Below are positions 26,076 through 34,468 of a DNA stretch of 64,000 bases, piece by piece. The notes below the pieces were generated by a model that searched no databases, was not told the origin of the DNA, and saw only the letters and a list, made by a program, of their open reading frames with translations. Location: positions 130,082 through 194,081 of the IMG/VR virus record IMGVR_UViG_3300038443_000660; one strand, 5' to 3'. Origin of the DNA: a virus. Lineage: Duplodnaviria; Heunggongvirae; Uroviricota; Caudoviricetes. Within the stretch, counting starts at the first letter, position 1; every line of letters starts with the position of its first letter. The position numbers were made by a program, and so were the translations under genes.

Positions 26076-26750
26076 ATGAAGCTTTATCACGGAACCAATT
26101 CAGTCAGTGCAATGAATGCGCTACAGAATGGAATTCTGCCTCGCAATCTATCCAAGAAATCTAATTGGGACCATTCCGTTCAGTCGAACAAGGATTGCGT
26201 CTATCTAACCACGGCCTATGCGCCATATTTCGCTATCCAAGCCGCCAATTCGATTGAGGGTAGTTTTCCAGCAATCATTGAGATTGATACCGATTTGCTG
26301 GATATTGATTATCTCGTTCCTGATGAAGATGCACTAGAGCAAGCGACACGCAAAACTGACGATCTTCCCAAGTTGTGGTCTATGAATCGTCGGACTCGTC
26401 ATTATCGAAAGCATCTTATGAAGTTTGCAGAGCATTGGGAATGGTCGCTCAAGGCCATTGGAAATTGTGCCTATATGGGCGTAGTCCCTGCTTCGGCCAT
26501 CACCAGAGTTGTGGTCATCAATCACATTAAGCAGAGCATTCTCATGCACATGTCTCTGGACCCAAGCATTTCCATCATGAATTTTCGCTTTTGTGGTGAC
26601 AAATACGTCCAGCTTCTTAACTGGATTTTCAACAATGAATATCAGGATACCGATTCGGACAAGATGTACGGCAAGCTTGGTCATCCTACTACTGGTGCAA
26701 TTTTGCAACAGCATGGACGAGACGGAATTGAAATGATATATAATCGTTGA
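26076..26750 (+). CDS. ADP-ribosyltransferase-fold protein
   Basis: LYHGT....GILP....VYLT...IIEID pattern. Confidence 0.6.
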   Translation: MKLYHGTNSVSAMNALQNGILPRNLSKKSNWDHSVQSNKDCVYLTTAYAPYFAIQAANSIEGSFPAIIEIDTDLLDIDYLVPDEDALEQATRKTDDLPKLWSMNRRTRHYRKHLMKFAEHWEWSLKAIGNCAYMGVVPASAITRVVVINHIKQSILMHMSLDPSISIMNFRFCGDKYVQLLNWIFNNEYQDTDSDKMYGKLGHPTTGAILQQHGRDGIEMIYNR

Positions 26751-26757
26751 TATTCCT

Positions 26758-26786
26758 TTGACTTTGCTCACCCACTACACTATCTT
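26758..26786 (+). promoter_or_regulatory. sigma70-type promoter
   Basis: TTGACT-N17-TATCTT. Confidence 0.65.
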
Positions 26787-26821
26787 TTGGAAGTAACCTC
26801 TACAAAATAAAGGATATTTCC

Positions 26822-27562
26822 ATGAGATACACAAAGTCCCTTCTTGCAATTGCATCTATTCTTGCACTTGCTTCAACTTCCGCAGTAGCCGCCGATGCCG
26901 TTATTGAAAATGCTCCGGTTCCGGTCGCTTCTGATTATGACCAGACATTTAATTGGTCTGGTGCGTATATTGTCGGCCTCGCTGGCTACGGTTCTTCGAA
27001 CACAGACTATACCCATAAGAATGTGAATAATTTCGGTGGACCGGGCGGAACCTATAAGAACGATGGTGATGGTTTTATCGGTGGTATTGCTGCCGGTTAT
27101 AACTTTGCCTTCGACAATGGTTTCGTAGTTGGTGTTGAAGGTTCGATTCGTTCTGGCACAAAGCAGGATGATGGTGGAAAGTGGGAAATTTACCACAATT
27201 CCACCAAGACCGATACCAAGTTCGTTGGTACTGTCACTGGTCGTGTCGGTTATGCCTTTGATAATTGGCTGATTTACGGTAAGGCCGGTTGGGCTGGCGC
27301 TTCTATTGAAGCCAGTCAGAGTTATCATCCGGCAGGCGTTGCCGCAACCACATGGTCCGACAAAAAGTTCGCAAATGGCTATGTTGTTGGTGCTGGTGTC
27401 GATGTTGCCTTGACCAAGAACATCTTTGCTGGTGTCGAATATAACTACTCGAATTTCGGTTCGGTTAGTTTTTCTGGAAACGACTCGACCGGTAAGCTTA
27501 CCAAGATTTCTGGTAAGATGGATGACCATTCCGTCAATTTCCGTATCGGTTTCAAGTTCTAA
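26822..27562 (+). CDS. RopB/Omp25-family outer-membrane beta-barrel protein
   Basis: Signal peptide ending AVA-AD, F.WSG.Y.G..AGY, GRVGYA.DN.LIYGKAG, terminal IGFKF. Confidence 0.88.
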   Translation: MRYTKSLLAIASILALASTSAVAADAVIENAPVPVASDYDQTFNWSGAYIVGLAGYGSSNTDYTHKNVNNFGGPGGTYKNDGDGFIGGIAAGYNFAFDNGFVVGVEGSIRSGTKQDDGGKWEIYHNSTKTDTKFVGTVTGRVGYAFDNWLIYGKAGWAGASIEASQSYHPAGVAATTWSDKKFANGYVVGAGVDVALTKNIFAGVEYNYSNFGSVSFSGNDSTGKLTKISGKMDDHSVNFRIGFKF

Positions 27563-27581
27563 TCATTTAGAATTTTGACAC

Positions 27582-27611
27582 AAAAAAGAGGGGCTTTATA
27601 GCCCCTTTTTT
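27582..27611. terminator. bidirectional terminator
   Basis: AAAAAAGAGGGGCT-TTAT-AGCCCCTTTTTT between convergent genes. Confidence 0.8.
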
Positions 27612-27979
27612 CTTAATTGAATAATTTTTTCTACTAAATCCTTTTTTGACGGAAACAGTATTAGCTTATCTGGCGCTTTCTGTTTCAATTCGTCTTTGTC
27701 ATTATAGCCTCTATAAAAATCGGCAAACGAATCTTTCTCTTTTTGCTTTTTATCCTTATCTGGGTTGGCATCATCTTTACCAGATGGTTGCTGACCAAAT
27801 TGCCCAAAGGCTTCCTTCAATTCGTTTTTTAATTTGACAATCTGATTTTTATGCGCAGGAATGGTGTCAGGACGAATGATCTTGTTTTGTGCAATCGCCT
27901 TGTTAACTCCATCAATGGTTGTTTTGATTTTGCGCTCTTTGGCTTCGCCTTCTTTGGCTTGTCTGATTCGAATTCTCAT
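27596..27979 (-). CDS. hypothetical basic protein
   Basis: 127-aa ORF. Confidence 0.55.
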   Translation of the reverse strand: MRIRIRQAKEGEAKERKIKTTIDGVNKAIAQNKIIRPDTIPAHKNQIVKLKNELKEAFGQFGQQPSGKDDANPDKDKKQKEKDSFADFYRGYNDKDELKQKAPDKLILFPSKKDLVEKIIQLRKKGL

Positions 27980-28008
27980 ATCTATAATTCTCGTTATTAT
28001 ATAGATAT

Positions 28009-28785
28009 TTAGGTTTTTGAGAAATCCGGTATTTTCTTGTATTTTATTTGCGTTTCGGTATCAAGAAATTTGCAAATATTGGTTGGCGTTTGTGACATGG
28101 TAATTGGAGCGGGATGCTTACCAAACTCGTCCTGCCAATAAAATATGGAAGTCACCACACCAACCACATATCCAGTAGTTTGGTCAAACAATGCTCCCCC
28201 CGAATTGCCGTGAAAAGCGGGAATGTCCAGAAAATAAACATCTGGCGCACCATTCCGTCCAAAAAGTGATGTTTGAAATTCATTCAGTTTCTGTAACATG
28301 ACTGCACCGAATGTGGTCATCCAAGGGAAGCCATTCGGTGAACCAACTGTGTATACGGGAGTTTCAATTTTTGGAAGATTGCAATCAATAACAGGGTCGG
28401 GCAGCTTTACCGGAGTTTCGAGTTCAAGCAAGGCGATATCAATCTTGGAATTGGAAACCGTCGAATCCGCTACCTTAAGAAGCTTGGCTTTAATCTTTTG
28501 CCCATCATACGTGACAATTGTATAATTGTTATCACCTTTGTCGTTAACTAGGTGGCTAACTGTTAGAATATATTTAGAGCCGATGACGATACCGGTTCCA
28601 ACCATTGCATCTTCTGAATTGGGAATTTGATTGACAATAAAAACAGTAGATTGAATATTGTCTGTGATATCAATCTTGGTATGCGATTTAAAAAATAAAT
28701 CTGGATTGCTGTCTACAGTTAGTAAAAATGTTACTACAAGGATGAATGCTATTGCAGCAAGCATTCGAGTTATGAAATTATTCAA
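28009..28785 (-). CDS. membrane-anchored trypsin-like serine protease
   Basis: GTGIVIG, LTVSHL, DIALL, GNSGGAL; N-terminal TM. Confidence 0.88.
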   Translation of the reverse strand: MNNFITRMLAAIAFILVVTFLLTVDSNPDLFFKSHTKIDITDNIQSTVFIVNQIPNSEDAMVGTGIVIGSKYILTVSHLVNDKGDNNYTIVTYDGQKIKAKLLKVADSTVSNSKIDIALLELETPVKLPDPVIDCNLPKIETPVYTVGSPNGFPWMTTFGAVMLQKLNEFQTSLFGRNGAPDVYFLDIPAFHGNSGGALFDQTTGYVVGVVTSIFYWQDEFGKHPAPITMSQTPTNICKFLDTETQIKYKKIPDFSKT

Positions 28786-28818
28786 AGTAAAATATGAAAC
28801 TCCAATTCTCCGTTATTC

Positions 28819-28826
28819 TATTTATA
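28819..28826 (-). promoter_or_regulatory. T4-type late promoter
   Basis: TATAAATA upstream of the protease gene. Confidence 0.7.
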
Positions 28827-28879
28827 CAAAAAGGGTAGTGACCGAATTGACCACTACCCTTCACATTTTATTGAGACTT

Positions 28880-29551
28880 CTAGGCGGTTCTGCGACTCTT
28901 CAAAAGAAACGATGGAACCTCGTCATCTGAATAATTTTCTATTTTTCGTTCAGGTTCAGATGGTTCCGGTTCTTTCTCTACAACGGTTTCTTCAACCACC
29001 GGTTCTACAGTTTCGGTTACTATAGTCGGTTCAGATTCTTGTTCAGTGACTTCACCAATCTTAATCATCATATCTGCCACTATAGCTTGCGCTGTTTCGG
29101 TTATATTGGTTGTGTCTACCGTAATCGCAGCGGTAGACATAGGGTCTTGTTTGCTTTCATTTAGGGCTTCTGCGAAGGACTGCATATCCTTCATAAAATC
29201 TTTATCCATCTTGGTATGTTTGGCGGCTGGATTACGAACGTATTTAAAAACAGTGGCATAGGAAAAATCCCTGTGGACTAATGCCATTTCCTTCTCCAAC
29301 CTTTTGTAGATATCCACGAGTTGGTTGGTGTCAAACTCGTAATTATAAGCGTTTGCTAAATTACGAATCAAACTGAAATCATGTTGAATCTTCTCGATTC
29401 GAGCCTCAACTAACCGAATAAACGATTCACCTTTGTCACGCTGTTCTGCTGCTTTTGCTGCTTTTGCTGCTTTTGCCATGTCTATATCCTGTTTCATCTG
29501 CAATAAGCCCGTCCTATGACGACACATCTCGTATCGCCACAAGATTTGCAT
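28880..29551 (-). CDS. hypothetical protein (start uncertain)
   Basis: Long ORF with coiled-coil N-terminus and acidic tail. Confidence 0.6.
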   Translation of the reverse strand: MQILWRYEMCRHRTGLLQMKQDIDMAKAAKAAKAAEQRDKGESFIRLVEARIEKIQHDFSLIRNLANAYNYEFDTNQLVDIYKRLEKEMALVHRDFSYATVFKYVRNPAAKHTKMDKDFMKDMQSFAEALNESKQDPMSTAAITVDTTNITETAQAIVADMMIKIGEVTEQESEPTIVTETVEPVVEETVVEKEPEPSEPERKIENYSDDEVPSFLLKSRRTA

Positions 29552-29559
29552 ATTTCATA

Positions 29560-29589
29560 ATAATACACGGTCTTGTCCAAGATGTCAAG
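29560..29589 (-). promoter_or_regulatory. sigma70-type promoter
   Basis: CTTGACA-N17-TATTAT. Confidence 0.7.
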
Positions 29590-29601
29590 CCGTTTTATGT
29601 G

Positions 29602-30012
29602 TTATGACTTATAATTATCGAATAAATTTAGCAATTGAGAAATACTGGATTTGTATTTTTCTTTGTTTTCTGCTGATATCTCTTGACTTTCTGGAAATGC
29701 GTACTCTTTCCAGCCTATACCAGTGTTCCCGTCTTTAGACAAGCGGAAATATCCCGATTCCACGGTATCATCTATCATGAGATGGTCCATAGACTTTTTA
29801 TACGACATTATACATTTTTCAACAGCCGCAAAAGATTGTGCATAATTTGAAACAAATTCAAGAATCAGCGAACAATATAGATTCTTGAATTTTACAAGTT
29901 CATCCTCGGAATGAAAAATAAATGTATATGATTTTTCCGAGTCTGGGATAATTTTCGGAGTCTTGTTGATATCCGTATCTTTTGGAAAATTAGACCATGG
30001 AGAGTTTGACAT
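29602..30012 (-). CDS. hypothetical protein
   Basis: Start at the TAATG overlap (MSNSPW). Confidence 0.6.
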   Translation of the reverse strand: MSNSPWSNFPKDTDINKTPKIIPDSEKSYTFIFHSEDELVKFKNLYCSLILEFVSNYAQSFAAVEKCIMSYKKSMDHLMIDDTVESGYFRLSKDGNTGIGWKEYAFPESQEISAENKEKYKSSISQLLNLFDNYKS

Positions 30013-30077
30013 TAAATGTACCATATAAAGAGTGACAGAAAAATGAATGCACTAGCAAAGATTATTATTGGAGCCAT
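30012..30077 (-). CDS. 21-aa hydrophobic microprotein not in the ORF track
   Basis: MAPIIIFASAFIFLSLFIWYI; GGAGGT RBS; TAATG coupling to the next gene. Confidence 0.6.
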   Translation of the reverse strand: MAPIIIFASAFIFLSLFIWYI

Positions 30078-30081
30078 GCGA

Positions 30082-30240
30082 CTAACCTCCATCAATAATC
30101 TCGAATTGGTTTTTGGATATGTCATAGAATCCTACATCTCCGTTATCAAACTCGACTACAATTCGATGCCTCGAAACTTCTTTGATTTTTCCAATTTCAT
30201 TAGCGTAATATTGAGAAGTCAACACTTTGATTTTTTGCAT
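30082..30240 (-). CDS. 52-aa SH3/KOW-like small protein not in the ORF track
   Basis: MQKIKVLTSQYYANEIGKIKEV.....VVEFDNG; AGGA RBS. Confidence 0.6.
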   Translation of the reverse strand: MQKIKVLTSQYYANEIGKIKEVSRHRIVVEFDNGDVGFYDISKNQFEIIDGG

Positions 30241-30290
30241 GTCAATAATCCTAAATAGTATAAGGATTATTATTTATCAAGAAATTTCAA

Positions 30291-30839
30291 ATGTCAAGTG
30301 CCCCAAAATCAGCTAAGCCAATTGTTCCAACCGAAGTTAACCCATTGTATGCCGACAAATTCAAATTTGTCCTGTTAGATGCAAAAAATGTGGAATTCTT
30401 CTGTTTTCGTGCTAACCTTCCCGGTATATCCATGAACACATTTCCTGTGCAAACTCCGGTGAATCCGCATTTTGTTGGTGGCAAAAAGCTGTTCTTCGAA
30501 GATTTGCAATTATCGTTCAGAGTATCAGAAGATTTGGCCAATTACAAGGAAATTTTTAATTGGATGGTGGGAATCACTGGACCACAATCAACTGAACAAT
30601 TTAAAGATTTTAATGACAACAAAAATAGTCTGAAATCTGGATATAGGATATATGCAGATGCTACTTTGTTTTCGTTAACCAATGCAGCCAATCCTAACAT
30701 CATCATCAATTTTAGAGATATTTTTCCATATTCTCTATCTGGATTGGAAATGGATACAACCGATAAGCAGACGATTTCTGCATCTGTTGGTTTCAAGTAT
30801 AATTACTATGAGTTTGGAGATACTTCGGATTTGATTTAA
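30291..30839 (+). CDS. gp3: tail completion / sheath stabiliser (tube-fold)
   Basis: V.FFC..ANLPGI, G.KL.FEDL...F.V.EDL.NY.EI.NW; canonical position before uvsY-uvsW. Confidence 0.8.
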   Translation: MSSAPKSAKPIVPTEVNPLYADKFKFVLLDAKNVEFFCFRANLPGISMNTFPVQTPVNPHFVGGKKLFFEDLQLSFRVSEDLANYKEIFNWMVGITGPQSTEQFKDFNDNKNSLKSGYRIYADATLFSLTNAANPNIIINFRDIFPYSLSGLEMDTTDKQTISASVGFKYNYYEFGDTSDLI

Positions 30840-31460
30840 GTAATACTTGTAAATAATCGAAGATTTTCTATGAGCGATAGCAAATAGAAAACAATATTCA
30901 TTATGCGTGAGAATAATAGGGTGCTTGCGCACCTTTATAATTTCAAGAAATAACTGTAAGATTCTAGTATATGATTTCTATATACTCAAATAATATAAAG
31001 CGTAGTACCTATTCTTTTACCATATCCAGAGATTTACCCAGAATATTCACCAAAATCAATCTAGAACATCTGAAAGACTTTATCTGAACGTTAGTGAAGA
31101 TAAAGAACTGCAATGGATTATTTATTTGTAATGGATAAGATTTTATACTTGTTTAATATTTGCTAGATTCATGGTTTACCTAGATTTAATAGTATTATTA
31201 TATTTGTATTATTATCTATTGATTTGTTTCGATAGAAACATTAATAAACTGCTGAACGAAGTGAGGCCGTTTGTTAAAACGGCATAAAGAGAGTGATAAC
31301 AAATCCTAGAAATAATGTATATATGACAAATTGTCGCACCCATGACTATATACGTAAATATATGAAATTGTTGAATGATTTTTTTCGATATGTGAAAGAT
31401 TCTTCTTGACACGATATTATGACGTAAATAAGGCAACAAACTTCCTGATTAATATTTTTC
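30840..31460. other. long AT-rich non-coding region, candidate replication origin
   Basis: About 620 bp with no credible ORF; two CTGAACG(A/TT)AGTGA copies; small hairpins; lies before the uvsY promoter. Confidence 0.45.
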
Positions 31461-31489
31461 TTGACATCATATTGATTCTACAGTATATT
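31461..31489 (+). promoter_or_regulatory. sigma70-type promoter for uvsY-uvsW
   Basis: TTGACA-N17-TATATT. Confidence 0.75.
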
Positions 31490-31510
31490 TGGTAGATTAA
31501 CACTAAAAAT

Positions 31511-31972
31511 TTGAAAATGACAACAGATACACGTTCTACTTTGGAAAAAGTTCAAGATTCTTGGAAGGAAGATTCCAAAATCAATATCGATAATACGGAT
31601 GAAATGGCGAAAGCCACGATTGTTGGTGGCAATCTTCATCATAAGTATATGACCGTTATGTCGAAATGTAGAAACCAACTTGCCAGATTAGAACAAGAGA
31701 AGAACGTTTTACAATATAGACTACAGGAATTTTACCTGAATAACTTATATGTTGAAGAACTGGAAAGACGCCCATCGAATCGTTTGGCTAAAACCAAGGA
31801 CGAAGCACTAAAGATGACGGCAGTCGATCCAGAAATGATTGCTCTGAATTTGAAGATATCAGAACTAGAGGAAGTTGTTCTATATCTGAAAGAAGTAGTG
31901 GAATATATTCGTTGGAATAGAACTAAAGATATTACCAATCATATTGATTGGATTAGACTAAATGGAATGTAA
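31511..31972 (+). CDS. uvsY: recombination mediator
   Basis: W..D..I, LH.KY, DP....L..KI; synteny gp3-uvsY-uvsW. Confidence 0.8.
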   Translation: MKMTTDTRSTLEKVQDSWKEDSKINIDNTDEMAKATIVGGNLHHKYMTVMSKCRNQLARLEQEKNVLQYRLQEFYLNNLYVEELERRPSNRLAKTKDEALKMTAVDPEMIALNLKISELEEVVLYLKEVVEYIRWNRTKDITNHIDWIRLNGM

Positions 31973-31974
31973 AT

Positions 31975-33471
31975 ATTAGTAATACAAAGCCTATTGTAAA
32001 TATAGATTACGTAAATTATTTTGAGATAAAGATTACATCTGAACTTTCCATAGAAAAAGAACTATGGGAATTCTTTACGTTCATGGTTCCCGGTGCTGTT
32101 CATTCTCCAAAGTACAAAGCAAAAGTTTGGGACGGAAAAAAACATCTCTATAACTTTAGAACCAAACGATTGTATTTTGGTCTGAAAGAACACGTCAAAA
32201 AGTTCTGTGAAGATCGGGACTATGAGTGTGTTGTTCATTTTGATGATTCAGATGACCCTTGTTCAATTAAGGAAATTGAAGACTTTGCCAAGACGCTAAA
32301 TCTGCCCGATGGTATTGAATTGCGTGATTATCAATTGGCGATGATTGCCCATGCCGTTCGTCAAAAAAGAATGATTGCCATATCAGCGGTGAATTCGGGA
32401 AAGTCGATTTCTCAATACATTCTATTACGGTATCTGAACAAAAAGTCTATACTTATCGTCCCTTCTAAACAGCTTGTCAAGCAGATGTATGATGATTTCT
32501 CTGCTTATTCAAAAAATGACCCTAATTGGAATGTGGACGAGAAATGTTCACAGATTATGGAAGGATTTTCAAAAGATAATAGAAGTCATCGAATACAAAT
32601 TACGACTTGGCAGTCATTACTAAATCAACCGAAAGAATGGTTCAAAGAATATCGTGTAGTTTTGGTTGATGAAGTACATGAGGCCAAAGGTCAAGCCATG
32701 AATGATATCATGGACAAAAACAATGCTCCATATCGTATTGGTTTCACTGGTACAATGGATGATACCCAACTTCATGAACTTGTATTGACTGGTTTATTCG
32801 GCAGGCCAAAAACATTCATCCGCAATCGTGAAATGATTGAACGGAAGCTTTCATCTGATATTGATATCAAGGTAATTGTTCTTAAGCACCCGGAAGAAGC
32901 TAAGAAATTTTTAGCTAAAAAAGCGAATAAGAATTACCCAACAGAAATCAAGTATATCATTGAAAATGAAGACCGTAACAAGTTTATTTCAAATCTTGCT
33001 CTGTCATTATCCGGTAACGTTTTGATATTCTATAATTATGTTGACAAACATGGAAAAGTATTGTATGATGTTATAGTAAATAACAATACAGACAACAAGA
33101 AAATTCATTTTGTTTCTGGCGATGTTTCACTTGATGATCGTGAAGATATCAAGACGGCTATGAACACAAAAAGAAACAATATTACAGTTGCTTCTTTTGG
33201 TACATTCTATCGAGGAATATCTATTACAAATATTGATTACATGATTCTGGCATCACCTGTCAAATCTCAAAACAGAATAGGTCAATCCATAGGTCGTGGC
33301 CTAAGACGAGGTAAGGAAAAGGACCATGTGACACTTTTCGACATTGCTGATGATATTACTACACCAACTAGAAAAAACCATACATTCAGACATTTGGAAG
33401 ACAGGTTAAGACTGTATACCAAGGAAGGTTTCAAATTCAAAATTTTCAAGACGAAACTAAAGAAGACTTAA
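31975..33471 (+). CDS. uvsW: SF2 helicase UvsW (proposed ATT start)
   Basis: WDGK, LRDYQ, GKS, DEVH, QSIGRGLR; the conserved N-terminal region extends upstream of ATG 32083. Confidence 0.9.
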   Translation: MSNTKPIVNIDYVNYFEIKITSELSIEKELWEFFTFMVPGAVHSPKYKAKVWDGKKHLYNFRTKRLYFGLKEHVKKFCEDRDYECVVHFDDSDDPCSIKEIEDFAKTLNLPDGIELRDYQLAMIAHAVRQKRMIAISAVNSGKSISQYILLRYLNKKSILIVPSKQLVKQMYDDFSAYSKNDPNWNVDEKCSQIMEGFSKDNRSHRIQITTWQSLLNQPKEWFKEYRVVLVDEVHEAKGQAMNDIMDKNNAPYRIGFTGTMDDTQLHELVLTGLFGRPKTFIRNREMIERKLSSDIDIKVIVLKHPEEAKKFLAKKANKNYPTEIKYIIENEDRNKFISNLALSLSGNVLIFYNYVDKHGKVLYDVIVNNNTDNKKIHFVSGDVSLDDREDIKTAMNTKRNNITVASFGTFYRGISITNIDYMILASPVKSQNRIGQSIGRGLRRGKEKDHVTLFDIADDITTPTRKNHTFRHLEDRLRLYTKEGFKFKIFKTKLKKT

Positions 33472-33503
33472 ATAATGATTCTTATGTTCGATACATAAGA
33501 TTA

Positions 33504-33812
33504 ATGAGTGGTGGAGATATGATAGGTATGATGATAGGTGAGACAAAAACATCAATAACATTATCATATGCCATGGATATGTACACTGCGGATAACGGCG
33601 ATTCACTAGTCATAAGTTTTCAATCGACCATTCCATTCGGTTTACGACAAGATATTACTATAAAGAAAAACAATATAATATTCATGACTGAACCTAACGA
33701 ATTTTTGTATGATTTATACATGCATAAATCGCATGAAGCTTTGGATATACTTACTGATATGGTGAATAAAGTAGATAAACAAAAAGAATTAAAGAACAAG
33801 AGGCTAAACTGA
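33504..33812 (+). CDS. Sm-like conserved protein between uvsW and gp55 (true start may be upstream)
   Basis: IRLMSGGDMIG resembles the IKL.SGE.II N-terminus of this family. Confidence 0.6.
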   Translation: MSGGDMIGMMIGETKTSITLSYAMDMYTADNGDSLVISFQSTIPFGLRQDITIKKNNIIFMTEPNEFLYDLYMHKSHEALDILTDMVNKVDKQKELKNKRLN

Positions 33813-33818
33813 TTTAAC

Positions 33819-34418
33819 TTGACTTCCAAAAATACAACAAATCATAAAAAGACTAAAGATACTCCTACTAAGAAGCGTAAAGAAGATACGGCTCATTATG
33901 TAGACAACAAGAAATTTTTCACTGAAATGGTGAAATATTCATCATCAATCAAATTGGCTGTAGATACTGGTAAACCAAAACCACAAGTATCTGATTACAT
34001 TGGTGAATGTATCTGGAAAATTGCAGAAAAACTATCCCATCTCCATCAATTTCGAAAATATCCGTTTCGTGATGAATTGGTGCAAGAAGCTATTTTGAAT
34101 TGTCTACAATACATTGACAATTTTGACCCGGAAAAGTCTAACAATCCATTCGCTTATTTTACTCGAATATGCTGGTTTGCCTTTCTAAGACGCATTGAGA
34201 AAGAAAAGAAATATCTGTATACTAAGTATAAGTCTATAGAAAATACAGAAATTTTCCATCATGTTTCTGATAATGCAAATAATGACGGTATCAATCAAAT
34301 TCAATATTCAGAATCTGCCAGAGAGAATATGGTGGAATTTGTTGAGAAGTTCGAAACTTCTCTGGCCAAGAAAAAGGCTAGGAAAGAAGAACGAGACGCT
34401 GACACAGATAATTCTTGA
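33819..34418 (+). CDS. gp55: late sigma factor
   Basis: HYVDNKKF, YIGECI.KIA..LS, NFDPEKS.NPFAYFT.I...AF.RRI.KEK. Confidence 0.93.
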   Translation: MTSKNTTNHKKTKDTPTKKRKEDTAHYVDNKKFFTEMVKYSSSIKLAVDTGKPKPQVSDYIGECIWKIAEKLSHLHQFRKYPFRDELVQEAILNCLQYIDNFDPEKSNNPFAYFTRICWFAFLRRIEKEKKYLYTKYKSIENTEIFHHVSDNANNDGINQIQYSESARENMVEFVEKFETSLAKKKARKEERDADTDNS

Positions 34419-34468
34419 TTTTTTACGTTACTTGTAATATAATTGCTGAAAATAACTAATAGGTACGA

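Noticed and set aside
26873-27529. 218-aa ORF antisense to the OMP gene
   Set aside because: Typical antisense shadow of a codon-biased gene; no recognisable motifs.
30016-30258. 80-aa plus-strand ORF in the ORF track
   Set aside because: Two minus-strand ORFs (30082-30240, 30012-30077) with clear RBSs and coupling explain the region better.
31252-31290. Hammerhead ribozyme (CTGA...GAG-GCC stem)
   Set aside because: It lacks the CUGANGA core spacing and the GAAA after stem II.
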